Below, piece by piece: positions 49,711-60,378 of a stretch of DNA of 64,000 nt. The notes below the pieces were generated by a model. It worked only from the letters and a program-made list of their open reading frames with translations. It was not told where the DNA came from and searched no databases. The translations under genes and the position numbers were made by a program. The stretch's first letter is position 1; every line of letters begins with the position of its first letter. The stretch is from Candidatus Eiseniibacteriota bacterium (GTDB lineage: Bacteria; Eisenbacteria; RBG-16-71-46; JACRLI01): NCBI GenBank assembly GCA_016235265.1, contig JACRLI010000014.1, positions 247,405-311,404 on the forward strand, read 5' to 3'.

Positions 49711-50962
49711 TCCGCGGCTCGGCCGGCTGTTCCGGCTCGAGCGCCGCGGCTACCTGTGGGGACTGCGTGGCATCCGGGCGCTGCTGACCTGGTGCGGGCG
49801 CCCCGAGCGCCGCTACGCCACCGTGCTGGTGGGCGGCACCAACGGCAAGGGCTCCACGGCGGCCGCGCTCGACCGCATCCTCCGGGAGGCGGGCTTCCGC
49901 ACCGGGCTGTACACGTCCCCCCACCTCGTTGACTTCCGGGAGCGCGTCCGCGTGGACGGCCGATGCATGCCGGCCGAACGGCTGGGGGCGCTGCTGCGCC
50001 GCTTCGTGCCCCGCGGCGAACACCACGGGCACTCGTTCTTCGAGGTGGCCACGGCCATGGCGCTGCGCCACTTCGCCGACGCGCGCGTGGAGATCGCGGT
50101 GCTGGAGGTGGGCCTGGGCGGGCGGCTGGATTCCACCAACGCGGTCTCGCCGGAAGTGTCGGTGCTCACCGGTGCGAGCCTCGAGCACACCGAGTACCTC
50201 GGGGACACTCTCGAGGAGATCGCCTGGGAAAAGGCCGCCATTGCCCGGCGCGCGCGGCCCGTGGTGACCGGGGGCCGCGCGCGCGCCCGCGACCTGCTGG
50301 AAGCCGCCGCTGCGGCGCGCGGAGCCCGAGTGGTGCGCGCGCGCCGCGCCGCCCGGCTCTCGGTGCGCTCCATGGGACTCGAGGGGATGGAACTGGAACT
50401 GCCCTCGGGCGCGCGTTTGTCGACCCCGCTGATCGGCCGCCACCAGGTGTCGAACCTCGAGTGCGCGGCGGCGGCGGCGCTGCAGCTGCGCGCGCGCGGC
50501 TTCGCGGTGGACCCGCTGCACGTGGCGCGCGGTCTGGCCGCGACGCGCTGGCCGGCGAGGTTCGAGTGGCTGGCGCGACGGCGCGTGCTGCTGGATGTGG
50601 CGCACAACCCCGAGGCGGCGGCGGCCTTCGCCCGCACCTGGAGGGAAGTGATGCCGCGCCGCGGCGTGGGCGTGCTGGGAATGCTGGCGGACAAGGACGC
50701 CCGCGCCGTGGCCCGGGCCCTGCGTCCGTGCGCCCGGCGGCTGGTGGTCACCGCGCCGGACACCGTCCGCGCCATGCCGGCGGAGCGGTTGTCGCGCGCG
50801 GTGGGACGCGTTCCCCACTCGGTCGTGCCCGGCGTGGCGGCCGCGGTGCGGGCCGCGCTGCAGGAGCGCCGTCCGGGGGAACCGGTGTTCGTTACCGGCT
50901 CGCTGTACACTGTGGGGGAGGCCATGCGGGCCCTGGGTCACCATGTGGCGGACCGGCTGTAG
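49703..50962 (+). CDS. folC: Folylpolyglutamate synthase/dihydrofolate synthase
   Basis: GTNGKGS, YTSPHL, EVGLGGRLDSTN, DVAHN, GSLY. Confidence 0.96.
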
Positions 50963-53900
50963 CCGAGGCGCGGGCGCGCCGCGCCTGCTCACGTTCCTGG
51001 TTGCGTGCCTCGCGCTGGCCTGCCTTCCCGGGCCGGGCCCCGCGAGGGCCGCCGAGCCCGAGGAGCCCATCCGCATCACCGCGGACCAGGCCGAGGGCGG
51101 CAAGGGCTTCACCACGCTGACCGGCCACGTGGTGCTCCGCCAGGGCACGGCCACGCTGACCGGCGAGTCCGGTTTCTACGACCGCGACAACCACCACCAG
51201 AATCTCACCGGCGGCGTCCGCTACACCGACGGCCCGCTGCTCATCCGCGCCGCGATGGCGGACAACTACGACCGCGAGCGCACGGTGGTGCTCACCGGCG
51301 GCGTGACCGTGAGCGACACGTCCGGCACCATGACCGCCAGCCGCGCTACCTACTACCGCCGCGAGGGACGCCTGGTCCTCGAGGGCAACGTCAGTGCCAA
51401 GGACCGCAAGCGGGATGTCACCGCGCAGCAGGTGTTCTACTACAAGGACACCAGGGACATCGTGGCCGACGGCCAGGTGCGGCTGGAGGACCACGACAAC
51501 GAGGCGGTGCTCACCGCCCCCCGCGTGCTCTACAACCGGGACACCGAGCGCCTGCGCTCCCCCCAGCCCTCCGAGCTGCGCCTCACCGACCAGGGCAAGG
51601 TGACGCTCATCACCTGCGACACGCTCTCCTGGGACGGCAAGCTGAAGGTGGCCGACGCCGTCGGACACGTGCGGATCGGCCGCGACAGCCTGGTGGCCGA
51701 AGCGGAGCGCGCGCTGCTGTACCGGGACGAGCACCGCGCGGTCCTGGTCGGCGCCCCCCGGGCCTCCGACAAGCACGGCGAGACCACCGGCGACACCCTG
51801 GTGATGCACTGGACCGGCAAGGAGATCGACCGCGTCGAGGCCCGTGCGAACGCGCGGGTGCTGTACAAGAGCCGCCCCTCAGGAGGCAAGGAGGAGTCCT
51901 CGGAAGCCACCGGCGGCTGGCTCGCGCTGGCGCTCGAGGACCAGAAGGCGAAGAGCCTCACCGTTCGCCACGGGGTGAAGAACGAATTCCGGAGCCGCAC
52001 GCTCGCCACCGCCGAGGAGGACGTGAACACCGCCGAGGGCGACTCCATGACCGTGTACTTCGTGGACAACGAGGCCCGGCTGGCCACCGTGCACGGCGCG
52101 CGCGCGGGGCGCTATCGCTACGAGCCCGGCACGCGCAAGGACAAGTCCGCCGAGGACGTGCGCTACGTGGCCAACCGCATTGACTATGACCTGGACCGCG
52201 ACCGCGTGTACCTGCGCGACGAGGCGCGCATGGAGTACAAGGACCTGGTGCTGCGCGCCGACTCGGTGGAATACGAGATGCAGCGCTCGGTGCTCACCGC
52301 ACGCGGCAACCCGCGCCTGAAGGACCCCTCGCAGGAGATCGAGGGCGGGGAGCTGGGCTACGACCTGAAGAACAAGCAGGGCCACGTGTCCGGCGCCCGC
52401 ACCAGCTACTCCAACGGCATCTTCACCGGGGACGACATCAAGAAGGTGGACGACAACGTCCTGAACGTGAAGGGCGGGGACTACACCACCTGCGAGGACC
52501 CCGAGCCGCACTACCGCATCCACAGTTCCGAGATGAAGATCTACCTGCACGACAAGGTGGTGCTGCGCCCGGTGGTGTTCTACATCAAGGACCTGCCGGT
52601 CCTGGCGCTCCCCTTCTACGTGTTCCCCATCCGCGAGGGGCGGCATTCCGGCATCCTTTTCCCGCAGTTCGACCTGGGGTTCAGCTCCACGCAGGGCCGG
52701 TTCTTCCGCAACGCGGGCTACTACTGGGCCATGAACGAGTACGCCGACCTGGCCGCCTATGGCGACTACTACGAACTGGGCCCGCGCTACACGCTGCACA
52801 TGGACGGCCGCTACGCGCTGCGCTACCGGCTGAACGGCTCGCTCTACTCCAGCATCAGCAAGGACGTGGGCGCGGGCACGACGCAGTGGCAGCTGCAGGG
52901 CACCCACCAGCAGCAGCTGGGCGAGCGGACCGCGCTGTCGGTGTCGGCGGATTTCATCAGCGACGCGCAGTATCTCCAGGACCAGGGGCTGGGACGGGCG
53001 CCGGAGCAGCGGGTGAGCCGCAACATGCACTCGCTGCTGGCCTTGAGCCACGCCTGGGCGGGCGGGAGCCTGAACCTGTCCCTGGACCGCAACCAGAACC
53101 TGGCCGTGGACCCCGCGGACACGCTGAGCGCGCTGCTGGACGAGGCGCTGCCCTCGCTGCAGGTGTCCTTCGCCGCGTTCCCACTGGGGCGCAAGGCCGA
53201 TGCCGCCGGCAAGGGCGGAAAGCGCGAGGCGCTGTCCACCGTGTACCTGGGCTACAGCGCCCGGCTGGCGCGCCAGGTCCACGAGACGCGGTTGCGCCGC
53301 AGCGACCGCTCCGCCTTCGGCGGCTCGCTGGGCCTCTCGGACAACCGGCGCCTGCTGGGCTGGCTCAACGTGAGCCCGCAGGTCAGCATGGACCACGCCC
53401 TGGTGGACGAGGATGCGCTGGGCAACAAGCTGGCGATGGGCGCGGTGTGGCGCGCCTCGTTCAGCGTGGGCACCACGCTCTACGGCGCATTCCAGCCCCA
53501 CTGGGGGCCGTTCGAGGGCGTGCGCCACGTGCTCTCGCCGCGCGTCAGCTACACCTACCAGCCGGAGTTCAAGCACCTCACCTACGTGGACAGCACCGGG
53601 CGCACCCTGTCGCGCTTCCCCAGCATCGCCGGCATCGGGCTCTCGGGGGTGCGCCAGAGCCGCCTCAACATCGGGGTGAGCAACACGTTCCAGCTGAAGC
53701 TGAAGTCGGGCGGGGAGATCAAGCGGCTGGACAACTTCGCGAACCTGGATCTCAACACCGGCTACAACTTCCTGGCGAAGGAGCAGACGCCGGTGGGGCA
53801 GCCGGTGCGGCCGTGGGACGTGGTGAGCGCCTCGCTGCGCATCTACCCGGGCGGGGTGGGGGGGCTGGACTTCAACGCCACCTACGACCCTTATCGCACC

Positions 53901-54473
53901 ACCGGGCGGACGCTGCAGGCGCTGAGCTTCAGCACCAGCTTCACGCGCAGCGGCAGGGCCTCGTTCGAGACCACCGAGGCGGCGGACTCGGCGCGCGCTG
54001 GCGCCGGCCTGCCGCAGATCGGCGTGCAGCGGGGCGAGAGTGGGACGGGCGCGCCCGCGTCACCCCGGGCGACGCCGGGGCGGCCGGCCGGCGGGGCGGG
54101 CGCATGGAGCCTGTCGCTGTCGTTCTCCTACGGCGGAAGCTCGTACCGGGCCTACGACGGCACCTCGGTGTGGAGCCAGACGCAGCGGCTCAATTCGCGC
54201 GCCAGCTACGAGTTGAGCCCCAACTGGCACGCGGAGTACGCCAACCAGTACGACCTCACCAAGGGCCTGGCGGTGTACCAGGAGTTCACCGTGCGGCGCG
54301 ACCTGCACTGCTGGGAGGCGCGCTTCAGCCGCCGCATCCAGCCCGGCATCTCGGAGTACTACCTGCGGATCGGGGTGAAGAACCGGCCGGAGATCGGATA
54401 CTCGACCGGCAGCAGCGGGTTGGGCGGCCTGTTGGGTTCGGGCAGCCCGTTCGGGAACCTGTTCGGGCAGTAA
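50943..54473 (+). CDS. lptD: LPS assembly protein LptD with an extended OstA/LptA-like N-terminus
   Basis: Repeated beta-jellyroll units, YTTCE..EPHY, RHSGILFP, GYYWAMN, RDLHCWE. Confidence 0.88.
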   Translation: MWRTGCSRGAGAPRLLTFLVACLALACLPGPGPARAAEPEEPIRITADQAEGGKGFTTLTGHVVLRQGTATLTGESGFYDRDNHHQNLTGGVRYTDGPLLIRAAMADNYDRERTVVLTGGVTVSDTSGTMTASRATYYRREGRLVLEGNVSAKDRKRDVTAQQVFYYKDTRDIVADGQVRLEDHDNEAVLTAPRVLYNRDTERLRSPQPSELRLTDQGKVTLITCDTLSWDGKLKVADAVGHVRIGRDSLVAEAERALLYRDEHRAVLVGAPRASDKHGETTGDTLVMHWTGKEIDRVEARANARVLYKSRPSGGKEESSEATGGWLALALEDQKAKSLTVRHGVKNEFRSRTLATAEEDVNTAEGDSMTVYFVDNEARLATVHGARAGRYRYEPGTRKDKSAEDVRYVANRIDYDLDRDRVYLRDEARMEYKDLVLRADSVEYEMQRSVLTARGNPRLKDPSQEIEGGELGYDLKNKQGHVSGARTSYSNGIFTGDDIKKVDDNVLNVKGGDYTTCEDPEPHYRIHSSEMKIYLHDKVVLRPVVFYIKDLPVLALPFYVFPIREGRHSGILFPQFDLGFSSTQGRFFRNAGYYWAMNEYADLAAYGDYYELGPRYTLHMDGRYALRYRLNGSLYSSISKDVGAGTTQWQLQGTHQQQLGERTALSVSADFISDAQYLQDQGLGRAPEQRVSRNMHSLLALSHAWAGGSLNLSLDRNQNLAVDPADTLSALLDEALPSLQVSFAAFPLGRKADAAGKGGKREALSTVYLGYSARLARQVHETRLRRSDRSAFGGSLGLSDNRRLLGWLNVSPQVSMDHALVDEDALGNKLAMGAVWRASFSVGTTLYGAFQPHWGPFEGVRHVLSPRVSYTYQPEFKHLTYVDSTGRTLSRFPSIAGIGLSGVRQSRLNIGVSNTFQLKLKSGGEIKRLDNFANLDLNTGYNFLAKEQTPVGQPVRPWDVVSASLRIYPGGVGGLDFNATYDPYRTTGRTLQALSFSTSFTRSGRASFETTEAADSARAGAGLPQIGVQRGESGTGAPASPRATPGRPAGGAGAWSLSLSFSYGGSSYRAYDGTSVWSQTQRLNSRASYELSPNWHAEYANQYDLTKGLAVYQEFTVRRDLHCWEARFSRRIQPGISEYYLRIGVKNRPEIGYSTGSSGLGGLLGSGSPFGNLFGQ

Positions 54474-54490
54474 CGGTGGCCAGGAAGCCA

Positions 54491-54531
54491 GGCCGGCCTC
54501 CCGCGTGCAGTTCCCGCGCGGGAGGCCGGCC
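54491..54531. terminator. Strong hairpin between convergent genes
   Basis: GGCCGGCCTCCCGCG...CGCGGGAGGCCGGCC. Confidence 0.65.
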
Positions 54532-54623
54532 GTTCATGTGCCGTCGTTGCGGGGAGCGTTCCGATTTCGCGTCGCGTGGGCCATTGCCGAATTGCACGAG
54601 CGGTCCCCGGGTCGCGCGCGCCG

Positions 54624-56501
54624 TCAGTATTTTGCGCGCACCGGCCGGGGCGCTGCGGGCGGCCCGCTGAGGCGGAGGTCCGAGACCGCCCCGGGCGGCG
54701 TCAGGTCCGGCGAGGTGGGGTTGGTGAGGATGGCCGCGCTGTTGCCGGGCACCACCAGCTGCGACACGGTGCTGCCGTCGTTGGTGGCCGGGTCCTGCGT
54801 GCCGGACAGTCGCTGGTAAGGTCTCTCGAGGCTCACGGTGACGTTGTTGCCGGTGCTGTTCACCAGCACCGTGCCATTCTGGAAGTCCCTGCGATACACG
54901 CTGGATGCCCCCTGCTGCAGGTGCATGTCGTCCACCCACGCGTCCACCGCCAGCTGCCCGAACTGCACCTGCACGTTGACCGGCACCGTGCCGATGCTGT
55001 TGTTGAAGGCCACCTGGTACTGCTTCCAGGAGGTCCCGATCCGCACCGGCGTGTAGCACAGGATGGTCAGCGGGCTCTCGGTGCGCTGCACGTGCACCCA
55101 CATGTCCCGCTCCGCCGCCGCCCTGGCCCAGAACGTGACCGCCCACGTGCCGTAGGGCAGGCTGACGGTCTGTTGCTGGTGCACCATGCTGGTGTAGGGC
55201 GTGGCGACGGGAATCACCGCGTGCGCGGACACCGCGCCCTCGACTTTCGTGGAGGGGTCGATGAGCCACGTGCCCCCGTAGTTGTAGGCGTGCCAGTTGG
55301 TGAAGCCGGATTCGAAACCGGTGTTGGTGAGGAGGTCCGGCGTGCCCAGGGTGCCCACCTGCTGATAGTAGCCAGCCAGCGGCTGGCCCAGGTAGCCGCG
55401 GCCCCGGCCGCCGGCGTCATACTCGTCGCACCAGATCCCGCTCACCAGCACGGTGTCCACCTGCGGGTCGAACATGAAGTAACCGTCGCCCAGCAGCGCG
55501 CTGCCCAGGCCGTACCGCATGAACCTGAGGTTGGAGGCGTCGTAGATGGACGGGGGCGGGGCGGAGGTGCTGTACACGAAGTTGTAGTGCGGCGAAAGAA
55601 ACTTCTGCTCGTTCACCAGGTAGCCGCCCGAGGGGGACAGCATGTTGCTGGTCCAGGTGCCCAGGCGCGGGAAGTCCTCGCGCATCCAGCCGTTCATGGT
55701 GGTCCACTTCGATCCGTAGGCGCAGTTGCCCACCATGGGCATGGCCGGCCCGATGAGGCGGCGGATCTTCGCGGCCAGCGAGTCGGTGGCGGGGCGCCAC
55801 AGCGCCTCGAAGCTGGCCTGATCGTCGGCCACCCCGTTGCGGTCCAGATCGAAGGCCTGGCCGTTGAGCCCGTTCTTCCACCAGTTGGACTCGCAGAAGT
55901 CGTCCAGGAACAGGCCGTCCCACAGCCCCGACGCCAGCACGCGGTCGGCGACGAGGCGGGCCAGGCTGTCCTGCGCCTCGGGGTTGGTGATGTCGGTGGT
56001 GTTGCCGAAGTACGTGAACGGCGCCCCGGTGGTGTTGTGCACCCACCAGTCGCGGGACTGGAGCATGCGCCAGGTGTCCCCGTAGATGTTGCCCACCGGG
56101 TAGAGCGTGCCGTCCCACATGAAGTCGGAGGGGAAGTAGGCCAGCAGGATGATCCTGGGATTGAGCGCCCGCAGCTGCTGCAGCCGCGCCCCCAGGTACT
56201 CGGTGGCCGGGCTGGCGGGGATCACCGCCACGTTGAAGCGCGCCAGCTTCTCCACCATGGCGTCGGAGTCCAGCTGATGTCCGTCACTGGAGAGCCGCAT
56301 GTAGGCCGCGACGTGGGGGAAGTCCTGCAGGAAGTTCACATCGCCCACCGGCTGGAGGCTGCCGTCCGCAACGAAGCCCTGGGCCGGCGCGACGCGCGGT
56401 GCGAGGGCCGCCCCGACGAGCGCCACCATGATGGCGAAGACCAGGGCAGACCGGTGATTCCAAATGCGCGGCCGACGGCGCAATGATGTCGAAGCGTGCA
56501 T
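54624..56501 (-). CDS. Secreted putative glycoside hydrolase (TIM barrel, GHL15/GH114-like) with an inserted CBM4/9-like domain
   Basis: Signal peptide; LRALNPRIILLAY, WDGLFLDD, NGWMRE, LTNTGFESG, YRRDFQNG. Confidence 0.7.
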   Translation of the reverse strand: MHASTSLRRRPRIWNHRSALVFAIMVALVGAALAPRVAPAQGFVADGSLQPVGDVNFLQDFPHVAAYMRLSSDGHQLDSDAMVEKLARFNVAVIPASPATEYLGARLQQLRALNPRIILLAYFPSDFMWDGTLYPVGNIYGDTWRMLQSRDWWVHNTTGAPFTYFGNTTDITNPEAQDSLARLVADRVLASGLWDGLFLDDFCESNWWKNGLNGQAFDLDRNGVADDQASFEALWRPATDSLAAKIRRLIGPAMPMVGNCAYGSKWTTMNGWMREDFPRLGTWTSNMLSPSGGYLVNEQKFLSPHYNFVYSTSAPPPSIYDASNLRFMRYGLGSALLGDGYFMFDPQVDTVLVSGIWCDEYDAGGRGRGYLGQPLAGYYQQVGTLGTPDLLTNTGFESGFTNWHAYNYGGTWLIDPSTKVEGAVSAHAVIPVATPYTSMVHQQQTVSLPYGTWAVTFWARAAAERDMWVHVQRTESPLTILCYTPVRIGTSWKQYQVAFNNSIGTVPVNVQVQFGQLAVDAWVDDMHLQQGASSVYRRDFQNGTVLVNSTGNNVTVSLERPYQRLSGTQDPATNDGSTVSQLVVPGNSAAILTNPTSPDLTPPGAVSDLRLSGPPAAPRPVRAKY

Positions 56502-56653
56502 GCATACCCTCCGCCGGGTTTATCGGCACGGGCGGGCCCGGGAATTAGGGGAAGGTGCCGGGGGGGGTGGGCACCGTGACCCAGGGAGATGGTCCGGCGG
56601 GCGGCAGCGCCCGGTTCGCGTGCGCCGGCGCCAGCCGGGCGCGGCGGCGCGGC

Positions 56654-58750
56654 CTACGGAAGCAGGGCGATCCGTGTCGTGCGAACGGTCGTCGCCGCCT
56701 GGGAGCGGGCCACGGCCCGCACGAAGTACAGGCCCGCGGCGCACCGCGCGCCGCCCGCGCCGCGGCCGTCCCAGTTGAGGGTGCGCGTGCCCGCGGGGAG
56801 GCTTCCGCGGTGCGGCTGCGCCACGGCGCGCCCGGCGAGATCGTAGACCGTGACCTCGACGTCGGCGGCGGAGGTCAGCCGGAGTTCGAATTCCAGCGGG
56901 CCGCGCGCCGGGTTGCGCAGCGCCGCGAGCGCGAGGGTCGAGGGCGGGGTGTCCCCCGGGGCGGGGACCCCCATGGGGTACACCGGTGCCGCGGTCACCA
57001 GGATCATGCCGCTGTAGCCACCGATCACGGCCTCGGTCAGCGGCTGGCCATTGTTGGTCATGGGGTCCTGGTCTCCGAACAGGCGGTAGTAGGTCCGGCC
57101 CAGGGGCAGCGTGACACTGGGGCTGCTGGAGTTCACCAGCACCGTTCCGTTGTGAAAGTCCCGCCGGTACACGCTGGACGTGCCGCGCTGTAATCGCACG
57201 TCGTCCGCCCACACGTCCACCGCCTGCTGCCCGAACTGCAATTGGATATTTGCCTGGACCGACCCGGCGGTGTTGTTGAACGCGACTTGGTATTGCTGCC
57301 ACGCCGTTCCCAGGGTCACCGGCGTGTAGCAGAGGATGGTGTAGGGGCTGGCGACGCGCTGGACATGCACCCACATGGTCCGCGGCGCGGCGGCCTTCGC
57401 CCAGAACGTGGCCGACCAGGTGCCATTCGAGGTCAGCGTCACCGTTTGCTGCAGGTGCACCTGGCTGCCGCCGGCAGTGGCCGACGGGATCAGCCCGTGC
57501 GCGGAAACGAGGCCCTCGGTGTGCGTGGAGGCGTCCGTCACCCAGGTGCCCCCCAGGTTGTAGGCATGCCAGCCGGTGAACCCGGACTCGAAGCCGGTGT
57601 TGGTCAGCACGTTGGCCGTGGAGAGGATCCCGATCTGCTGATACAGGCTCCCCAGCGGCTGCCCCAGGTATCCCGCGCCGCGCCCGCCGCCGTCGTACTC
57701 GTCGTACCAGAAGTCGCTCACCAGCAGCGTGTCCACCCGCGGGTCGAACATGAAGTACCCGTTGCCGAGCAGCGTGCTGGCCAGGCAGTAGCGCATGAAG
57801 GCGATGTTCGTCGGGTCGTACTGGGCCGGCGGGGGGGCGGAGGTGCTGTAGATGAAGTTGAAGCGGGGCGCCAGGTACTTCTGCTCGTTCACCAGGTATC
57901 CGCCGGAGGTGGAGAACATGTTGGCGGTCCAGGAGCCCGCGCGGGGGAAGTCCTCGCGCATCCAGCCGTTCATGGTGGTCCACTTGGAGCTGTAGGCGCA
58001 GTTGCCGACGAACGTGGTCTGCCACCCGATCCGCCGTCGCACCTTCGCCGCCAGCGAGTCGGTGGCCGTCTTCCAGATGGGGTCGAACACCGCCTGCGCA
58101 TCCGGCTGGCCGTCACGGTTCAGGTCTATGCTCTGGCCGGCGTACGCCTGCTTCCACCATATGGACTCGCAGAAATCGTCCAGGAACAGGCCGTCCCACA
58201 GCCCGCTCGACATCACCCGCTGCTGGAAGAACGCGGCGAGGCTGTCCTGGACCACCGGGTTGGTGAGGTCGAAGGTGTGCCCGAAAAAGCTGAACGGGGT
58301 CCCGGAAGTGTTGTGCAGCCACCAGTCGTGCGACTGGAACATGCGCCAGCAGTCGCCGTAGATGTTCCCCACCGGGTACAGCGAGCCGTCCCACATGAAG
58401 TCGGCGGGAAAGTAGGCCAGCAGGACGATCTTCGGGTTGAGCGTCCGCAGCTGCCGCAGCCGCCCGGCCAGCCGCTCGGTGGCCGGGCTGGACGGGATCA
58501 CCGCCAGGTTGAAGCGGGCCAGCTTCGCGACCATGGCGTCGGAGTCCAGCTGGTGGCCGTCGCTGGAGAGGGTCATGTACGCGGCGACGTGCGGAAAGTC
58601 CGGAGTGGTGGAGGTGTCCACCAGGATCGGCGGGCCGATCGGCCCGGGCGCGTCCGCGGCTGCGGGACGCGCCATGGGGAGGAGGGCCGCGCAGGCCGCC
58701 AGGGCAAACGCAGACAGGACACGTCGGATCGTGCCGGGCGCTGCAGGCAT
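56654..58750 (-). CDS. Paralogous glycoside hydrolase-like protein with a C-terminal FlgD-Ig/T9SS-like sorting domain
   Basis: Start MPAAPG at 58750; same core motifs; C-terminal NPARG...VYDLAGR...WDGR...AGLYFVR. Confidence 0.72.
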   Translation of the reverse strand: MPAAPGTIRRVLSAFALAACAALLPMARPAAADAPGPIGPPILVDTSTTPDFPHVAAYMTLSSDGHQLDSDAMVAKLARFNLAVIPSSPATERLAGRLRQLRTLNPKIVLLAYFPADFMWDGSLYPVGNIYGDCWRMFQSHDWWLHNTSGTPFSFFGHTFDLTNPVVQDSLAAFFQQRVMSSGLWDGLFLDDFCESIWWKQAYAGQSIDLNRDGQPDAQAVFDPIWKTATDSLAAKVRRRIGWQTTFVGNCAYSSKWTTMNGWMREDFPRAGSWTANMFSTSGGYLVNEQKYLAPRFNFIYSTSAPPPAQYDPTNIAFMRYCLASTLLGNGYFMFDPRVDTLLVSDFWYDEYDGGGRGAGYLGQPLGSLYQQIGILSTANVLTNTGFESGFTGWHAYNLGGTWVTDASTHTEGLVSAHGLIPSATAGGSQVHLQQTVTLTSNGTWSATFWAKAAAPRTMWVHVQRVASPYTILCYTPVTLGTAWQQYQVAFNNTAGSVQANIQLQFGQQAVDVWADDVRLQRGTSSVYRRDFHNGTVLVNSSSPSVTLPLGRTYYRLFGDQDPMTNNGQPLTEAVIGGYSGMILVTAAPVYPMGVPAPGDTPPSTLALAALRNPARGPLEFELRLTSAADVEVTVYDLAGRAVAQPHRGSLPAGTRTLNWDGRGAGGARCAAGLYFVRAVARSQAATTVRTTRIALLP

Positions 58751-58928
58751 GAGTACGCTCTCGCTGCGGGGCGGCGGTTGAGTTGCTCGTGGGAGGCGTT
58801 GTCCGGTCCTGGGCCAGTGGGGGGCCGGGAGCTGTCCATCGCGCGGAGGGACTCCGCGCATGTGAAGAGGAACACGCGCGCAAGGGCGAGTCAAGGAGCA
58901 TTACCCTGAGACCCCGCGCTCAGCGCCG

Positions 58929-58957
58929 TTGACACCCCTCCGCACCCGCCCTAGACT
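58929..58957 (+). promoter_or_regulatory. Sigma70 promoter
   Basis: TTGACA-17 bp-TAGACT; AAGGAG RBS before ATG 58991. Confidence 0.78.
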
Positions 58958-58990
58958 TTTCCCGTACCTGCCGCCAAGGAGATACCGCCG

Positions 58991-60367
58991 ATGCGTTTGC
59001 GCCTTTCGTTGCAGATTATTCTGGGAGTCCTCGTGGTCCTGCTGGCCAGCGTGACCGGCAAGGCTGGCGACACGCCCACTGCGCCCAACAAGCTCGGGAT
59101 CGTCATCACCACGGACTGCTGGTCCGAGCTCAAGGCCTGTGGCTGACACTCCGGCCAAAAGGGCGGGGTGGCCCGGCGGGCCTCCTTTATCGATTCGACC
59201 ACGGCACTGACCAGCAACCTCCTGCTCCTCGACGGGGGCAACCTCTTCGAGACCAACGAGGCGTTCCAGCTCGAGCGCGGCTTGTTCCTGATGCGCATGA
59301 TGGCGCGAATGGGCTACCACGCCATCGGCGTGGGAGAGAAGGACCTGGCCTACGGCGTCCAGATGTACAAGGACAGCGCGCTGGCGCTGGGCCTGCTTCC
59401 GGTCTCGGCCAACCTGGTGGACCGCGGCACGCACAAGCTGCTCTTCCAGCCGTACAGCATCGAGACGGTGTCGGGCATCAAGGTGGGCGTGTTCAGCGTG
59501 CTGTCGCCGCAGAACGGGTACACCCCTTCGCCCATCTCCGGTAAGAAGGACTCGCTGGAGTACCTGGACGTGGAGCCGACGGTGCGCCGGATGGTCAATG
59601 AGCTGCGGCCGAAGGTGCAGGTGCTGGTGGGCATGCTGAACGTGGGCAACCGTGAGGCGGACGCGCTGGCCGCCAAGATCCCCGGCCTGGACGTGGTGAT
59701 CGTGGGCGGGCAGGGGCCGCAGGTCATCTCGCGCGGGGCCACCGCCGGCACGGCCACCGTGGTGTCGGCGGGCATCCGCGGGCAGCACGCGGCGCGCGCG
59801 CTGGTGACGCTCGAGGCGGGCAAGGTGACGGCGGTCACCTCGGAGAGCACGCCGCTGGACGCGCGCTACCCCGAGCAGGACGTCTACGCCAACCTGGTCA
59901 AGTCATTCGAGGACAGCCTCAACGCCCGGGTGGCCAAGCGCCAGCGCGAAATTGACATGGTGGAGGCGCGCAAGCGCGGGGTGGACCATTATCTCGGGCG
60001 CGAGGCCTGCGTGGACTGCCACAAGGCCGCCTACGACAAGTGGATCGGCTCCCCTCACGCGCGGGCCTTCGACACCCTGGTCAAGCGCCGCAAGGAGATC
60101 GTGGCCGACTGCGTCCCCTGCCACGTCACGGGCTACCGCGAGAACGGCGGCTACTTCAGCTCGCAGAACCCGGGTATCGAGATCAACGGCCAGATGCGGC
60201 GGATGGAAGGGGTGCAGTGCGAGGCCTGCCACGGCATGGGCACCGAGCACAACACCGGCGACCCCGCCTTCGTGAACGGCGCCCGGGCTTCGTGCACGCG
60301 CTGCCACAACGCGGACCAGTCCCCGAAGTTCAATTACGCGAAGTACTGGGCCCGGATCGCGCACTAG
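58991..60367 (+). CDS. Probable selenoprotein: UshA-like metallophosphatase fold (C-G-U) fused to a tetraheme cytochrome c
   Basis: ATG 58991 encodes a signal peptide and ITTDCWSELKACG, then in-frame TGA (59144-59146), then HSGQKGGVARR continuing into the 59168 ORF; CxxCH x4 (CVDCH, CVPCH, CEACH, CTRCH). Confidence 0.85.
59147..59176 (+). promoter_or_regulatory. Candidate bacterial SECIS element
   Basis: GGGC-GGGGUG-GCCC stem-loop with a G-rich loop starting 18 nt after the UGA; an alternative CACUCCG/CGGGGUG hairpin is also possible. Confidence 0.55.
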
Positions 60368-60378
60368 CGGGAGGAGCA

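Noticed and set aside
59168-60367. ORF-track start for the cytochrome, or a pseudogene call
   Set aside because: That start has no signal peptide, and the TGA falls exactly in a CxU motif, which favours selenocysteine readthrough
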